Positions 63,425-64,000 of a stretch of 64,000 bases of DNA are shown piece after piece (the stretch's first letter is position 1; each line of letters starts with the position of its first letter). The notes below the pieces were generated by a model. It did not search any database and was not told the origin of the DNA. It was given only the letters and a program-made list of their open reading frames with translations. The DNA lies in the NCBI GenBank assembly GCA_964016885.1, contig OZ024740.1, positions 371,194,001 to 371,258,000 of the forward strand, given 5' to 3'. Source of the stretch: Eledone cirrhosa. Taxonomy: Eukaryota. Position numbers and translations under genes: made by a program.

Positions 63425-63750
63425 AAGTCTCATGGCTTAGTGGTTAGTGTTGAGCTCACAATCTTAAGGTTGTGAGTTTGAATTCCAGAACAGGTGGTGC
63501 ATTGTGTTCTTAGCACTTTATTTCATGTTGCTCTAATTTACTCAGCTGTAGAAATGAGTTGCGACGTCACTGGTGCCAAGCTATAATGGCCATTGCCTTT
63601 CACTTGGACAACATCTGTGGCCTGGAGAAGGGAGACTGTAGTATGCATGGGTGACTGTTGTTCTTCCACAAACATACCTTGCCCAGGCTTATGCGTCAGA
63701 GGGGAGCTTCCTAGGTGCAAACCATGGTCATTCGTGACTGAAGGGAGCCT
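63425..63750 (+). mobile_element. Older SINE with family-1-like tRNA head but a different 3' part
   Basis: catggcttagtggttag...gttgtgagtttgaattcc...tttactcagctgtagaaatgag, then unrelated sequence. Confidence 0.65.
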
Positions 63751-64000
63751 ACAATATATATGTATTTAGTTTATTCTGTAATGTGGCTGGTGATCAACCT
63801 GACACAATATAGGATAGAGAGTACTTTTTAGTTTGGCCATGCAAATTATAACCTCTCTAGTGCTAGTGCCATGATAAAATGCACCCAGTACACTATGTAA
63901 TAGTGGTGCTATGATAAATAGGCACTCAGTTCACTCTGGAACATGGTTGGTGTTAAGAAGGGCATCCATGCAATGAAACCATGTGAAATATAGAATGAAG

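Overview
AT-rich eukaryotic (metazoan) DNA with no intact host gene I can identify. The SINE and RTE repertoire resembles octopus/coleoid cephalopod DNA; this is an inference from recalled repeat families. The window is dominated by mobile elements, most of them nested in (TA)n microsatellites, densest at about 23.7-52.9 kb. Contents: (i) about 12 young 5'-truncated RTE-clade LINE copies from two families (A, B) with (GAT)n tails; copies long enough to include it carry a C4-H-C3 PHD-type finger inside the RT. (ii) At least five Penelope-like elements (PLEs; RT and/or C-terminal GIY-YIG), two of them absent from the ORF track, plus several solitary pseudo-LTR (pLTR) pieces. (iii) Nine hammerhead-ribozyme folds read by eye in those pLTRs: six with a canonical core, one U4A variant and two decayed. 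Two lie in a 460-bp near-perfect palindrome, one on each strand. (iv) Two tRNA-derived SINE families, one sharing the RTE-B 3' tail. (v) A DD37D (maT) transposase joined in frame to an RTE endonuclease fragment. (vi) A decayed CR1-type LINE, piggyBac-like relics/MITEs and local duplications. Coordinates were read manually and element ends are approximate.
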